Positions 25,166-35,990 of a DNA stretch of 64,000 nucleotides are shown here, in pieces. The stretch lies in the NCBI GenBank assembly GCA_002633005.1, contig NMRA01000295.1:376240-440239 (forward strand). The letters run 5' to 3'. Made by a program: the position numbers and the translations under genes. The notes below the pieces were generated by a model, which worked only from the letters and a program-made list of their open reading frames with translations, searched no databases and was not told the origin of the DNA. The first letter of the stretch is position 1. The number at the start of each line of letters is the position of its first letter. The stretch is from Phoronis australis. Taxonomy: Eukaryota; Animalia; Phoronida.

Positions 25166-28100
25166 CCGATCTCTGGGCGTTTTCTTGACTGCTGTGCAAC
25201 AAAATCAGAATATAAGAGGTACATCACCCTATAGAGCGTACGGTATAAAGCTTAGCTGTTGCCAAACTCCAATGCCAGCTCAATAACATTTGCAGCGGAA
25301 ATGACTGATCTATCTTGTACTGCGTGAAAAAAGCGATGGGTTCACATCTTTCCGACCTCAGATTTTGGCGAAATCTGTGTTGATATATCTTCGGATGAGG
25401 CTGTTGTGTCAGTCATATGCTATATTCTCATCTCTGCCCTTCAAAGTTATAGATCATCAAATCCGTGTACATACCAAACCATGCAGTTGATCCTAAAGTT
25501 CTAGTACTTATTCAATTACATGTATGTTTTTTGTTGATTAACAATTTATTCCACGTGAATGTTCGCTCCATTATGCTCGCTATCTCACGAAATTATGAAA
25601 TGGAATTTTTTACTCCAGCTATCTTGATGAGCTCTAAAACTAATCTTTAACACCGAAGTTAAGGAGCGAAACATTGGATGAGGCTCACTGGTCTGTCTAT
25701 GACGCCGCTAGGGAGGAAGTTAGTATTTTCAGATTAGTTTATTCTTAGTGCAAATTCACAATTGCAGGTGTCTGCACCCTGCTTCCCCGTAAGTTTCGCT
25801 TCGACGACTGCCTGAAGCAAAATTTGCGATCACTTTCCAGTCGGAGGACATAAGACTGCGATGATCAATTTCGGATATAACTGACCACCGTTAGAACCCC
25901 AATGTTTAACGACCAGAATCTCTGTGGAACTCACCGCTGGTTTATCGGCAGTACGGCGACCTCTTCAACAAAAATAAATCTCAGCTGTTTGCTGTTGATT
26001 ATCTTTGATCATTTCAAGCTTGATATTGTATGATGTGATGGGTACATTTATATTTAATCCGATATCGACTTTTTGCTCGAGCATGTTAATGTAAATTATG
26101 AACGGAATGTTTTCGAAATGACAATCAGGCGCGCTTGCGTACGTGTTTTTTTGCATACACTCCTTTTAATTAATAAACAGGTATTGGCGTGACTTCACGT
26201 AGGCTTAATATCTTGATTTACTCGGTGTCAATTTCTTCAACGTGTCCCTTCAGACTGTTCCACCTTCTAACGGTGTTCCGGTTTAGACTTTGTTCTGACG
26301 GGTTAACCAAAGCGGCAGTAAACGCACGTTCCGTCCAAAAATAATGTTGATTTAGACCACTTACCGGTCCAAATCTGATATCAAAACTTTATGGGCTCAG
26401 AAACAATTGGTTACTGGGCTTTGTCGTTTTGCTTTATGACTTACTTAGTGCATAAAATGGCCCGTCGTTACAAACCAAAAAGTAAGGAATAATGATAATC
26501 TAATTCTTTCGGAGTCTAGAAATCACCACTGTTTTGACTAAGGAAACTTTTGAGGCAAATTTCACAACAGGTAAGTGATCTAAACCAAAAGTTAATTATA
26601 TGACAGAAGGCAGGCGTCGTACAGGTGGAAACAGGACTGCCGCACTCAAGAACATTACATAAGGTGTTTTGATTGATTTAAATATTCCATAAACGTCTCC
26701 AGCGTTTGTTTCATAAACGTCTCCAGCTTTTGTGTACATAAGAACCCTGTGTGCAGTTATTTCTGAATCTGATGTGGGGGGGGGGTGTGATGCCCACACC
26801 AACACACAGGAAACTTGACATATTTAGTATTACAAATATGAGCAGATTGACACATTCTCTCAGATAGTCTTCCACGTCTGTGAAATGTTAAGCCTTTCGA
26901 ATTGTACAAATGTTAACACACGCGCTGTATCCATTAGCAACGAATATATGCTAGTTCTAAACCAAACAGTTGTCTGATCTGAACTTTTTATCTTAATGAA
27001 GCGAACTGAATGTACTTTTTATTAATGAAGTTGTCTTGCGTACCGCAAATTTAATGTTTGTCCTCCTCAGATTAAACGGATTTCAGATCACGTGACTGTT
27101 TCCTTTCTCAGCATGGCAACGATTAAGATCAAGGTTCTTAGTGTGTTTGCGTCAGCGCCAGTAAGCTACCGTATTACAGGCCCGAGTTTTTTCATCTAGC
27201 TCATAACAAAATCCCAAGAATTGCGTGCATTGTCAATCAAACGATTGCAGTAACAGATACTTATTGCCTTATCGCTTTTTGAAGTTTAAATCGAGAAGAA
27301 ATACAATGAATCTGCCTGGAAGTGTATTGCGTTTTGCAGCGCACCTTGAACATATTGCACTGAAGGGAATACATGGGCGACACGGATGCGTCTAAGGTTA
27401 ACCTCAAGACGGATTCGAATCCAAGACCTCAGATGTCGCTGTCCGACGATTTATTTGTGAAGTTAACAGTCAATGAGGCAAATTGCCGAGTATTTTAAGC
27501 GTATTTGTCATTTAGTACACTGAGTCAGTTTCAAAAAATTTTACAAAACGGCTGGGAATTAAAGTTTGGAGTCGTCGATTTGGTGTTTATATAGATGTGG
27601 TCAAATGAAATAACTTCTCGAAGAGTATCCTAGCGATAGCCGCGACATGCGTTTTTTCACAAAACTGCGACACTTTTTGTTATTCGAAATGATTTTTTTC
27701 TTTGTTTAATCACGCTAATGGCAGCTGAAGCGATACATTGACTTGAATAATGTAAATGACAACGGCGGTTATCTGCATATGCTTTGATGTTCTCGGTATT
27801 CTATCAGTTTGATTTCAGGTCCATTTCAATAACAACATTGTTCGTAAAATCATATTTCAGCTACTCCATGTCATTTTGTTTATTTCGTGTTGTCATAATA
27901 CGGCAGACACTAAAGGGGAATTTGTCAATTATCTCCGTACTTTGGACGCATCATTTAATATAAATAATAAAACACACCGAAAAATCGTCACGCAAAATGT
28001 GCATTTAATTTCGTAGGACTATACACACGGGATAAAGGCGCAGGTAATTTATATAGTCACGTGACTCCATTTAAATAATTGAGGGAGTATACAACCGCCA

Positions 28101-29193
28101 TTCAACCTTGGCAACATATTATGAACTTTGTCGAGAATGTCACACCGGAAATTTAGGAATGTTGGCTCAACAGCATGTTATCACACGGTTCTTCTTTTTT
28201 AAGTAAAAATGTGACTACAGAAATGTTATTTTGATTGCGCTAAAACTTGTGGGAAATGAAAGACCTTTATTTTAAGAAATACGTTTTCAACAAAATTCTT
28301 TCTAATTCATCCCCACCTCACGTCTTGAGAAAGTGTTGCCGACAAACTTTGGTGTGCAATTAAATTTTAAATTTTAACCCCCATTTTGGAAAATTATCGC
28401 ACTCGTACCACATCTGAATAGTGTCATAGGAATGCCAAAAAGTACGTCCCAACTATGCGGCGTGGAATCATTCTATGGATTTATAGCATCTGGTGTTTTT
28501 GTTGTCAGTTTTGTGAATCTCATCCGTCTATAAGACGAGTTGTAGGGTTTGGTTAGCCACATGTTCGCCATCACAAAAGGTGGTCACCGACAAGCCAAGA
28601 ATTGCGGCCAAAACGTGGTGCTGTACGATCACAGATCGCTGACGAATTGCGATTGGGAGTTTCACTTGGACAAACGTCATGGTGTGCTCTGTACCGGTAG
28701 CAATACGATGATAGCGAAAATCTCAAAACATCAACTATGTTACTGTTGATATACTACAACTAGGTTTATAAATAATTAGCAGTAATTTGTATTAAGATAT
28801 TTGTAAGTTTTTCTGACCCGTCACATTCCGGATACGGTCCGAAGGAAACATCAATACGATTATCGGTGATCACACATCTTTACTACAAGAGAGTACGGTG
28901 TCGTAATAATAATTAACACTGTTATTGTTTGAGAAGTTCAGCCAAAAGTGGGAGATAGAAGCGTTCACGTGTAGCTATTTTATTTGCAATCATTACCGTC
29001 CAAATATTACCACTTCTTGGAAACCCGAATACCGCAAGTACGTATGCACCTTTCGCCAGGTAACCTGAACGATTTTCATAGTCTTTTCCAATGTTTCCAA
29101 AAATAAAAGAAACATGATCTCCAAGGAAGCACGGCATATTACGATTTGCGTTAGGAAATTTCGAAAAGATATAAAAACTCTTTTGAAACTCTG

Positions 29194-29275
29194 ACACACG
29201 CACACACACACGCGCGCGCGCGCACACACACACACACACACACGCACACACACGCATACAGACACACACACACAC
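29194..29275. repeat. (CA)n/(CG)n compound microsatellite
   Basis: ACACACGCACACACACACGCGCGCGCGCGCACACA... read directly. Confidence 0.95.
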
Positions 29276-31604
29276 CCATTGACCTTTAAGGAGCGCGCGC
29301 GCAGAATGACGTGACACGTGGTGTTAGGTTTTGTTTTGCACAAAAGTGGTTGTCGAATCTATCGTTCGGCGCGAGCCTAAAATACACCAATTCCGAACAT
29401 TCCATCTTTAAATGGAGTGTTTTGCGTTGTACTGGAGTCATCCGGACCTCCATTGATATTTCCGTATTCTCAAATTATCACTCGGAAATGTTTCGTATCT
29501 GCACATGTACTCTTTTCAGCCAGTCACGACTATCGAAATAGAAAACGCTGTTGAATGCGCGCGGATACGTGAGTGCTGCTCTGATAACAGGTTTAAACTT
29601 GAAACAATAGTGCATCAGAATTATGACGTCTTTCTGACAACTGCTAGACGGATAACCATGGTTTTTAACCATCTGTTGCGCAGTTAAATCGTGAGGAAAA
29701 ACACAAAAATACAACATGGGTACGTACAGAGATCCTGTTGGCGAGTACGAGAAATGCATCGTTCCGTGGCGCACGTTTCTGGCAAATTTGGTAAGATCAC
29801 ACAAGTCACGCCAAAGAAAGGGGAGCGTTTCATACATGTATACAGCTAAGTGGGCTTGGTACCGCACTACGGTAGACTAGTAAAATGGCGCCACTGAAGT
29901 GTTTGCACGAAATTATTGACGCGCTTTTAGCTTATTACTGCACAAAACGGTTTCCCTGACCAACTTGTATGTTTTGCAACTAACTAGGGACCGTGTCAGT
30001 AGGTACGTGACGTAAAACTTATCAATTATCAACACTCAGCTAATACGAAATCTAATTCAAACTATTGTCTGAAAGAGAAAACAAAACCTTCTGCTGATGA
30101 AACTTCGGAATTTCACAAATGCTTCAACTGGTTGAATTCACAGAAAACGTGAGCAAGACATGGGGAAAAAACTATACAGAACTTTATTTTTAACGGAGAC
30201 TAAAATAACAAATGATATCATTTTCGAAGACAGTTCAACGCTTATGGAAATTGCATGGCAGAGAAATCGATTTCTGTGACATGTTATGTTCCCACATTAC
30301 TTCATTTTCCTTGAAGTTGTCAGGTAATGGCTATTTTAAACTGTTAAGGAGCTGCATGTTGTCGCAAATACGGTCCCATAACGTCGTACATGTAAACCGG
30401 CTTCATGCAAACGAAATCATAAGTATGCTTCGTACTCAGTTGCCGCAAACAATTCCCTGTGAAACGCAATTTGTGACATCAAAGATTTACCCGGACTAAT
30501 TTCACATACGTAGTTTTATTTAAAATCGTCTCTTAATTGATTATAAACGCTTTCATGACATATACGAGCAATGTAGTTACTTATGTCTTCCATTTTGTTT
30601 TAACAGGTGAGTTAAATGAAACGCGCTATTCTACACCTACATGTACATGCAGTTTACCTAATTTTATGTTTACCTCAAACATCTCTCGCGGCCAGGCGTC
30701 ACACCAATTTATAAGGCGTCAAAAGCGTCATACTGCAAATAGGGGACCTGCTACAGTCTCCCTTTTGCGAAACTTAAGATATTGTGGCGAGGCGCACTTC
30801 ATCACCTCTGACTTTTTCCCAGGGACCTCCTTAGGGACGCTGGAAGTTCCTGGGACTTTATTTACAATCCCACACGGAACTCCATTGCACAACCGCAACC
30901 TAGCAACTAATCTAGCGGTTGGCAAATTATGTAGTTACTGATTCAAAGATAAAAAGGCTAATTCCAGGTAAAAATAAACGATTGCTTTTAAATCTCTATA
31001 ATTCGTCATGTTCTAGCCTGTCGAGTAAGCCGTATTCGTAAGCTGGCTGATGGATTGCAACTGGAGAAATACCGGTACACCGCTGATTCCCAGCATTCCA
31101 ACGTGTGGATTCACTTCTCTATAAATATGAAGGCTGAACCTTGGTGGGCGAGGTACAACGCGGCCTGGTTAAAGACGTTATTATTATTGTAGCTATAAAT
31201 GTCAGCATGACCTAGATGTTAACACACAGCGAAATACATATGCGCAATTTATTTTCTTCTCGCGTGTTGCAAGAGTTGCTGCCGCGTTCTAGGGTTTCAA
31301 ACTGTGCGTCGACTCTTACTCAAACGACTGCGTAACAAATAGAGTACGAAAAATGAGAAATGATCAACTAAGACCTAAATTAAAAACTAGTGTTTGTTTT
31401 CCGACGCACGACCGACCGTGAAAATGTGCGAGACTGATTAACATTTTATTTGCAGTGTGATAAAGGACGTTTTCAATTACGAACACGATATAATATCTTT
31501 GAACCACAAACGAGTGCACTACAACAATGAAAAAGAAAGAACAAAATATTTTACTGACAGAAACTCCACAGAGCAATGATGGTATGCTTATTTACAATAT
31601 TTAA

Positions 31605-33278
31605 AGGAGAATGTCACCCGATTTAATTAGTCTTTTTTGCCGTCTTAATCGGTATATATCCACATCGCCTCGCATACGGTCGACCGTACCTTGCCAAGAG
31701 GTGTCGCGTTAACCTGTGAGGAAGGTGAGAAACGACGCTAGCGACGTTAGTGGTTCATATGCAAAGTGAATGCAGCTATGTTGCGGTGCATCGTTCCCGC
31801 TTGTCCGAACTAAACAGCTGCGAGGAAAGCGGCTATATCGTTTTTTTACTTCTTCGAGAGTCCGAAATGCTTAGGTAGTGAAAAATGAAATGTACGCTGT
31901 AAAGAGCAAGTATGAGGCCGTGAAACATCTCCGTGTCTGTTGCCTGCAGTCGACAGTGCCCGACGATTGCCGGCTTACCAAATAACTCCATACGTTCCGT
32001 TGTCTGAGCTTTTTCACGGCGCCTCTCTAGTATTTCTTCATCACTGTATTCCTGTTCGAATCAATAGCCTGTAAAACTTAACGATCCACCTGCGAAGTCG
32101 GGACTGATGAGCTCTATCCCGTCCTAAGTTGAGATTGCGAGTTGCCATGTTGGCGTTTATTACTGAGCGTTCTGTTTCAAAATGAATTATTCTCACCCTA
32201 ACCAATACTTATATAAAACTGAAACAAAGTTTGTCTCATTAGATGCAATTTGTGATGCCTTTGGAGTGTTCGTGAGTGCAAATGGTTTGAAAAGCCAGCA
32301 ATGGATAAATCACTGCGTTTACCGGCTTTATGTGCAATAAAACTAATTGACGGGACACCGAGGCCGTGTAAGCTCATGCTAATTTAGTGTTTGCTGGCAG
32401 AAACTGTTGTGAAACAACTCGATTTCCATCCCACGGCCAAGTGTTAGGGAAATCTTTATTTACATTTACATTACTCAAATAATGATTGTCAATGTACAAC
32501 TTCTGCCCTGACGGTGCTGTGGTCAAAGCGGAACGTGAATTCGCGGCCCCCAACAAGTAAGTAGATTTGCAGTTTCGTGGCTAATTCACCAACATAATCA
32601 CGTGCACATTACTTTGGCTCACTAGTATAGTATTTTCTTGACTGGAAGTTTAGTTTCCACTGAACTTTGGCTGGTTTATTTTCGTGATGTCTGATCAGTT
32701 TCCGAGCCACTGGCCGGGATAACGAATCAATCCGGGCGGCCGCCACGGGCTTGATCGGGCTCCGAGCCACTGGCCAGGATAACAAGCGTTTTGTGTTTAG
32801 AACTCAAAAAATCACAAGTCTAAACAACACAGATCTAGGTTCTCCTGTCTGTATCTTACGGAAAATACTTCGAAATTATCTCCGAACAGACCCCAAACTC
32901 CTGCTACGCCGGACCTTATTGCCAGGGCCTCAGTGGCGAACTTTGTAGGCTACGGTGTGTCCAAATACCAATAAATCCGTCAGAGCGAAATAAAACAACA
33001 CGTTTTTATAAGAACTCGGTGTATTTTTAATGGTTTTACATCGAAGTTTGATGATTAATTGGTGTTAAACGATGACTTCAAGCGATAATCTGACACCAGG
33101 AACCCATGTTTTGAACTGCTGAACAGACTGCGTGTGAAACCGATGACGTCACTGGATAATTTCAACACCTCCGTCTGCCGTCAGGTGTCAGGTAACGCAA
33201 CCGTACGTGTCGTTATCGAGTAGAACTACTCGATCTAAATTGATACAAATTAGGTTGATTTTTGGGTGGCATGCTCCT
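31605..33278. mobile_element. Non-autonomous Kolobok-like DNA transposon (TTAA TSD, AGG...CCT ends)
   Basis: Left TTAA|AGGAGAATGTCACCC and right GGGTGGCATGCTCCT|TTAA form a 13/15 inverted repeat with TTAA on both sides; decayed THAP-like coding remnant inside. Confidence 0.72.
31778..31952 (+). pseudogene. Decayed THAP zinc-finger remnant (transposase N-terminus)
   Basis: MLRCIVPACPN*TAARKAAISFFYF, then in shifted frames EMLR**KMKC and KHLRVCCLQ; resembles THAP C-x4-C...SFFxFP...W...RVCxxHF, with stops and frameshifts. Confidence 0.55.
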
Positions 33279-33607
33279 TTAAGGACTGCTTATTCCACTG
33301 AGTTTCGGTTCGTCTCCATATATCTTGCAGAAGCTAGCGAGTACCGCTTGCGTGCTCACTGGGTAACCAACCGTTTGTACATGACAGAGCTCTCCAAAAA
33401 TGCGTTGCTTAATTTTACTCCTTACCCAACGAGACTACCCCCAGAATTTACGCAATCGACAGAAATTCCACCTGCTATCTAGCAGTGCTGGTTTGACAAT
33501 CGAACCTGGAAATTTCGAGAGATAGATTTAACTGAGGCAGAGTGGTGTCTTCTAGTACCCTCCAGCAGGAATACTCGACAATAAAACCTCGTGCACTGAA
33601 AGTACCT

Positions 33608-33747
33608 CATCGGCGGCGCACCATAGGGGGCTGGAGGGCTATAGCCCCCCCCCCCCCTACTTTTTTCAGCGCTGCGCCGTCCATGGTCTATTGGCGGTGC
33701 AACACAGGGGGGATGAGGGGACTTTTTACAGTGCTGCGCCGCCCGTG
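33608..33747 (+). mobile_element. Short GC-rich MITE family B copy plus degraded tandem copy
   Basis: CATCGGCGGCGCACCATAGGGGGCTGG...TTTTTTCAGCGCTGCGCCGTCCATG; matches 49294-49364; short TIR CATGGGCGGCGCA. Confidence 0.68.
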
Positions 33748-34450
33748 TACCGGAACCTGTAAAAGGAAATTAAACCCGGTATTGGCCCTATTAACAGGAA
33801 AATAACAACGGCTGTCTACTCCTGAAAGACTGTTGCATCTAGGTCTATAAAACAAAATAATGCCCTGTAAACCTCGCCAATCGTCGCAGGAGGACAGAAC
33901 GAGGATAGGTTGAAATCCCAAGCAGGGACTAGTGTCATTTCAATAGGACCGTACCGGATTACACGGCGGTAGTACTCCCCTTTGTCTCGTTTTGGAAGTC
34001 AGGCACATTTTCGTGCCGGGAAGGCGAAGAATTTCAGATCTGGGTATTTGTCCAGTTTATCGAACTTTCTGACGTCGAGTTGCAGCCCACAGGACATGAC
34101 TGAGTAGTAATGCTTCGATGGCATTGGGACGAATAGAGTAATGCAACCAAGAAAAAAATGCAAAGAATCAGATAACGACAAATAACATGTGAAACTCCAG
34201 TGGCTCGAGAACGAGGCAGCAAATGTGTCTGGTGTATGTTTACGGAAATTTGGGTAAATACTGCGAGATTCGAGAGTCGCTGTGTAATCCGGGACGGCCC
34301 GAAAATCCATGACACTACATCTACTACATCTCCAGTAGATGTCGTTAACAGGACAATCGTCGTGGTTTTTAAACATATAGCAAGGCGAGACATTGTGGAC
34401 AGGTATGAGAGTGACGTTAGGCTGACGTGTTCACAGTGAAGGAGTGAAGT

Positions 34451-34609
34451 CTGCCTCCCGTTCAGTAACGCTAGGACCTCGCTAAAAGGCAAGACTTCGC
34501 GAGATTATGTGAGATATTGCCGTGCATTTTGAATGAGAGCATGTGACTTTGACTAGGTTTTAGCTAGGTCCTAGCGTAGGTCCTAGCGTCTACTGAACGC
34601 ACGCCTGGT
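34451..34609 (-). mobile_element. MITE family A, inverted copy
   Basis: Reverse complement aligns with 21597-21754 (CCCGTTCAGTAACGCTAGGACCTCGCTA...GAGATATTGCCGTG...TAGGTCCTAGCG...CTGAACGCACGCCTGG). Confidence 0.8.
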
Positions 34610-35199
34610 GTTTGATAGGCTCCATAGGCGGATATTCATGTTCGGGGTGGAGCTCGCCCGCGGACATTGCACCGACCTAACATTGGTAGATGCTGCGGCG
34701 AGACTTCCGGCCCTCTGAACAGTGTGCTTGATCCCTTTCATGTATTTTAGGTCCTCAAAGCAGGTCTCTGTGTGACATTTGATGTTTCCCCAATTCGTTT
34801 CAATGAATTGGGCGACCGGCATACACTAGAGGTCTCTGCACACGTCAGAAGAAAAAACCATTCGACACAAATGTTACCGATTTATGATTGATGACCTAAA
34901 TTTTAATTAAGGTTGATGTAGTACGCGTAAAGCGGCCGAGCTGTACCAGGCTTAATGTGGAAATGAGCTTGTGTATACTAATGGGCCGCAATTAGTAAAG
35001 TGCTGGCGTAAATTCACCTGCGAACTCTGCTAAGTCCCATTCCGTCTTCTCACAAGCACGTTAATAAATGCAGTGTTTAACAGAGAAATCATGTCTGCTA
35101 AAATAACCTCTATGTCAAAGCGTTTGAGATATCGCAAAACGCAAACTGTTCAGGCGGCAACAAACCAGCTTTTGATTCAGATCACTTACGGTTATCGCA

Positions 35200-35990
35200 A
35201 ATTATTTTTTAGTCAAGAATACAACAACGGTTTTAAGACTTGACATGTTTCGGTGTCATTTATTCAACACCATCCTCAGAAGTGATAATACAGTGGCCAC
35301 CTAGCTAGGCCCAGCAACAAGTAATGAAGCACATAGTCAGTTACAGGGAGTGACAATGAACTAGACCAACAATGACAACATGTGGTGTGTCAGTTGCCTA
35401 TTGAGATTGGGGGGCTTGCACCAACTGATGTGCACAGCCTCACGAATTTTAAGCTCCTTTGTTGTTACTGCCTGGTCTATTATTGGAAAGTCATTGAAAG
35501 AGCACTGCTGATAACAATGATTGGAGCTCTGTAGGTGAATATTTATATGTGAATTTCTGTCAGAATTTAGATGTTCCTTGGTCCTGGTTTTCAAATAGCG
35601 AAAAGTTTCGCCTATATAACTGGAGTCACATCCAGCACAGATAAATTTGTATACTACATTGGACCGTAGACCCATAGAAATTTTGTCCTTAGGGTTAAAT
35701 AAATTCGAGTTTTAGAGACTTGAATGTTAATGCAACTCTTGAGTTCACACAGTAATCATTCACCAATTTGTTGAGTTTTCGTTGAGCAATTTTGGCGTAA
35801 AACCCAACATAGGGTATTTTAAAGTACTTGTAATTAGTTTTGTCTACAGGATGAACATCATAAGGGTTACGTTGGAGTCTTGCTTTCAGTATCCTATTGA
35901 CTAATTCTAGGGGATAGCCATTCTTTTGCAAATTCGTTGTAAGTTCTTTAATATTAGAATCAAATCTAGCCCAAGTGTTGTTAATGTATG
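35200..35990 (-). mobile_element. 5'-truncated Penelope-like retroelement (RT thumb/linker + GIY-YIG endonuclease, frameshifted)
   Basis: Minus-strand YINNTWARFDSNIKELTTNLQKNGYP...FKIPYVG..., frameshift near 35700, then FNPKDKISMGLRSNVVYKFICAGCDSSYIGETFRYLKTRTKEH...ELKIREAVHI...PNLN: typical PLE GIY-YIG motifs. Confidence 0.88.
35238..35283 (-). ncRNA. Minimal type I hammerhead ribozyme in the PLE 3' region
   Basis: Minus strand ACUU-CUGAGGA-U-GGUGU-ugaauaaaug-ACACC-GAAA-CAUG-UC^AAGU: core CUGANGA and GAAA, stem II GGUGU/ACACC, palindromic CAUG stem III, GUC cleavage triplet, stem I ACUU/AAGU. Confidence 0.8.

Noticed and set aside
26520-26576. Strong splice donor CAG|GTAAGT in intron 1 as an alternative first exon
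   Set aside because: In-frame stop a dozen codons upstream in the exon 2 phase, no ATG; a lone consensus donor is expected by chance.
28922-29343. Cys/Val-rich ORFs
   Set aside because: Translation of the (CA)n/(CG)n microsatellite.
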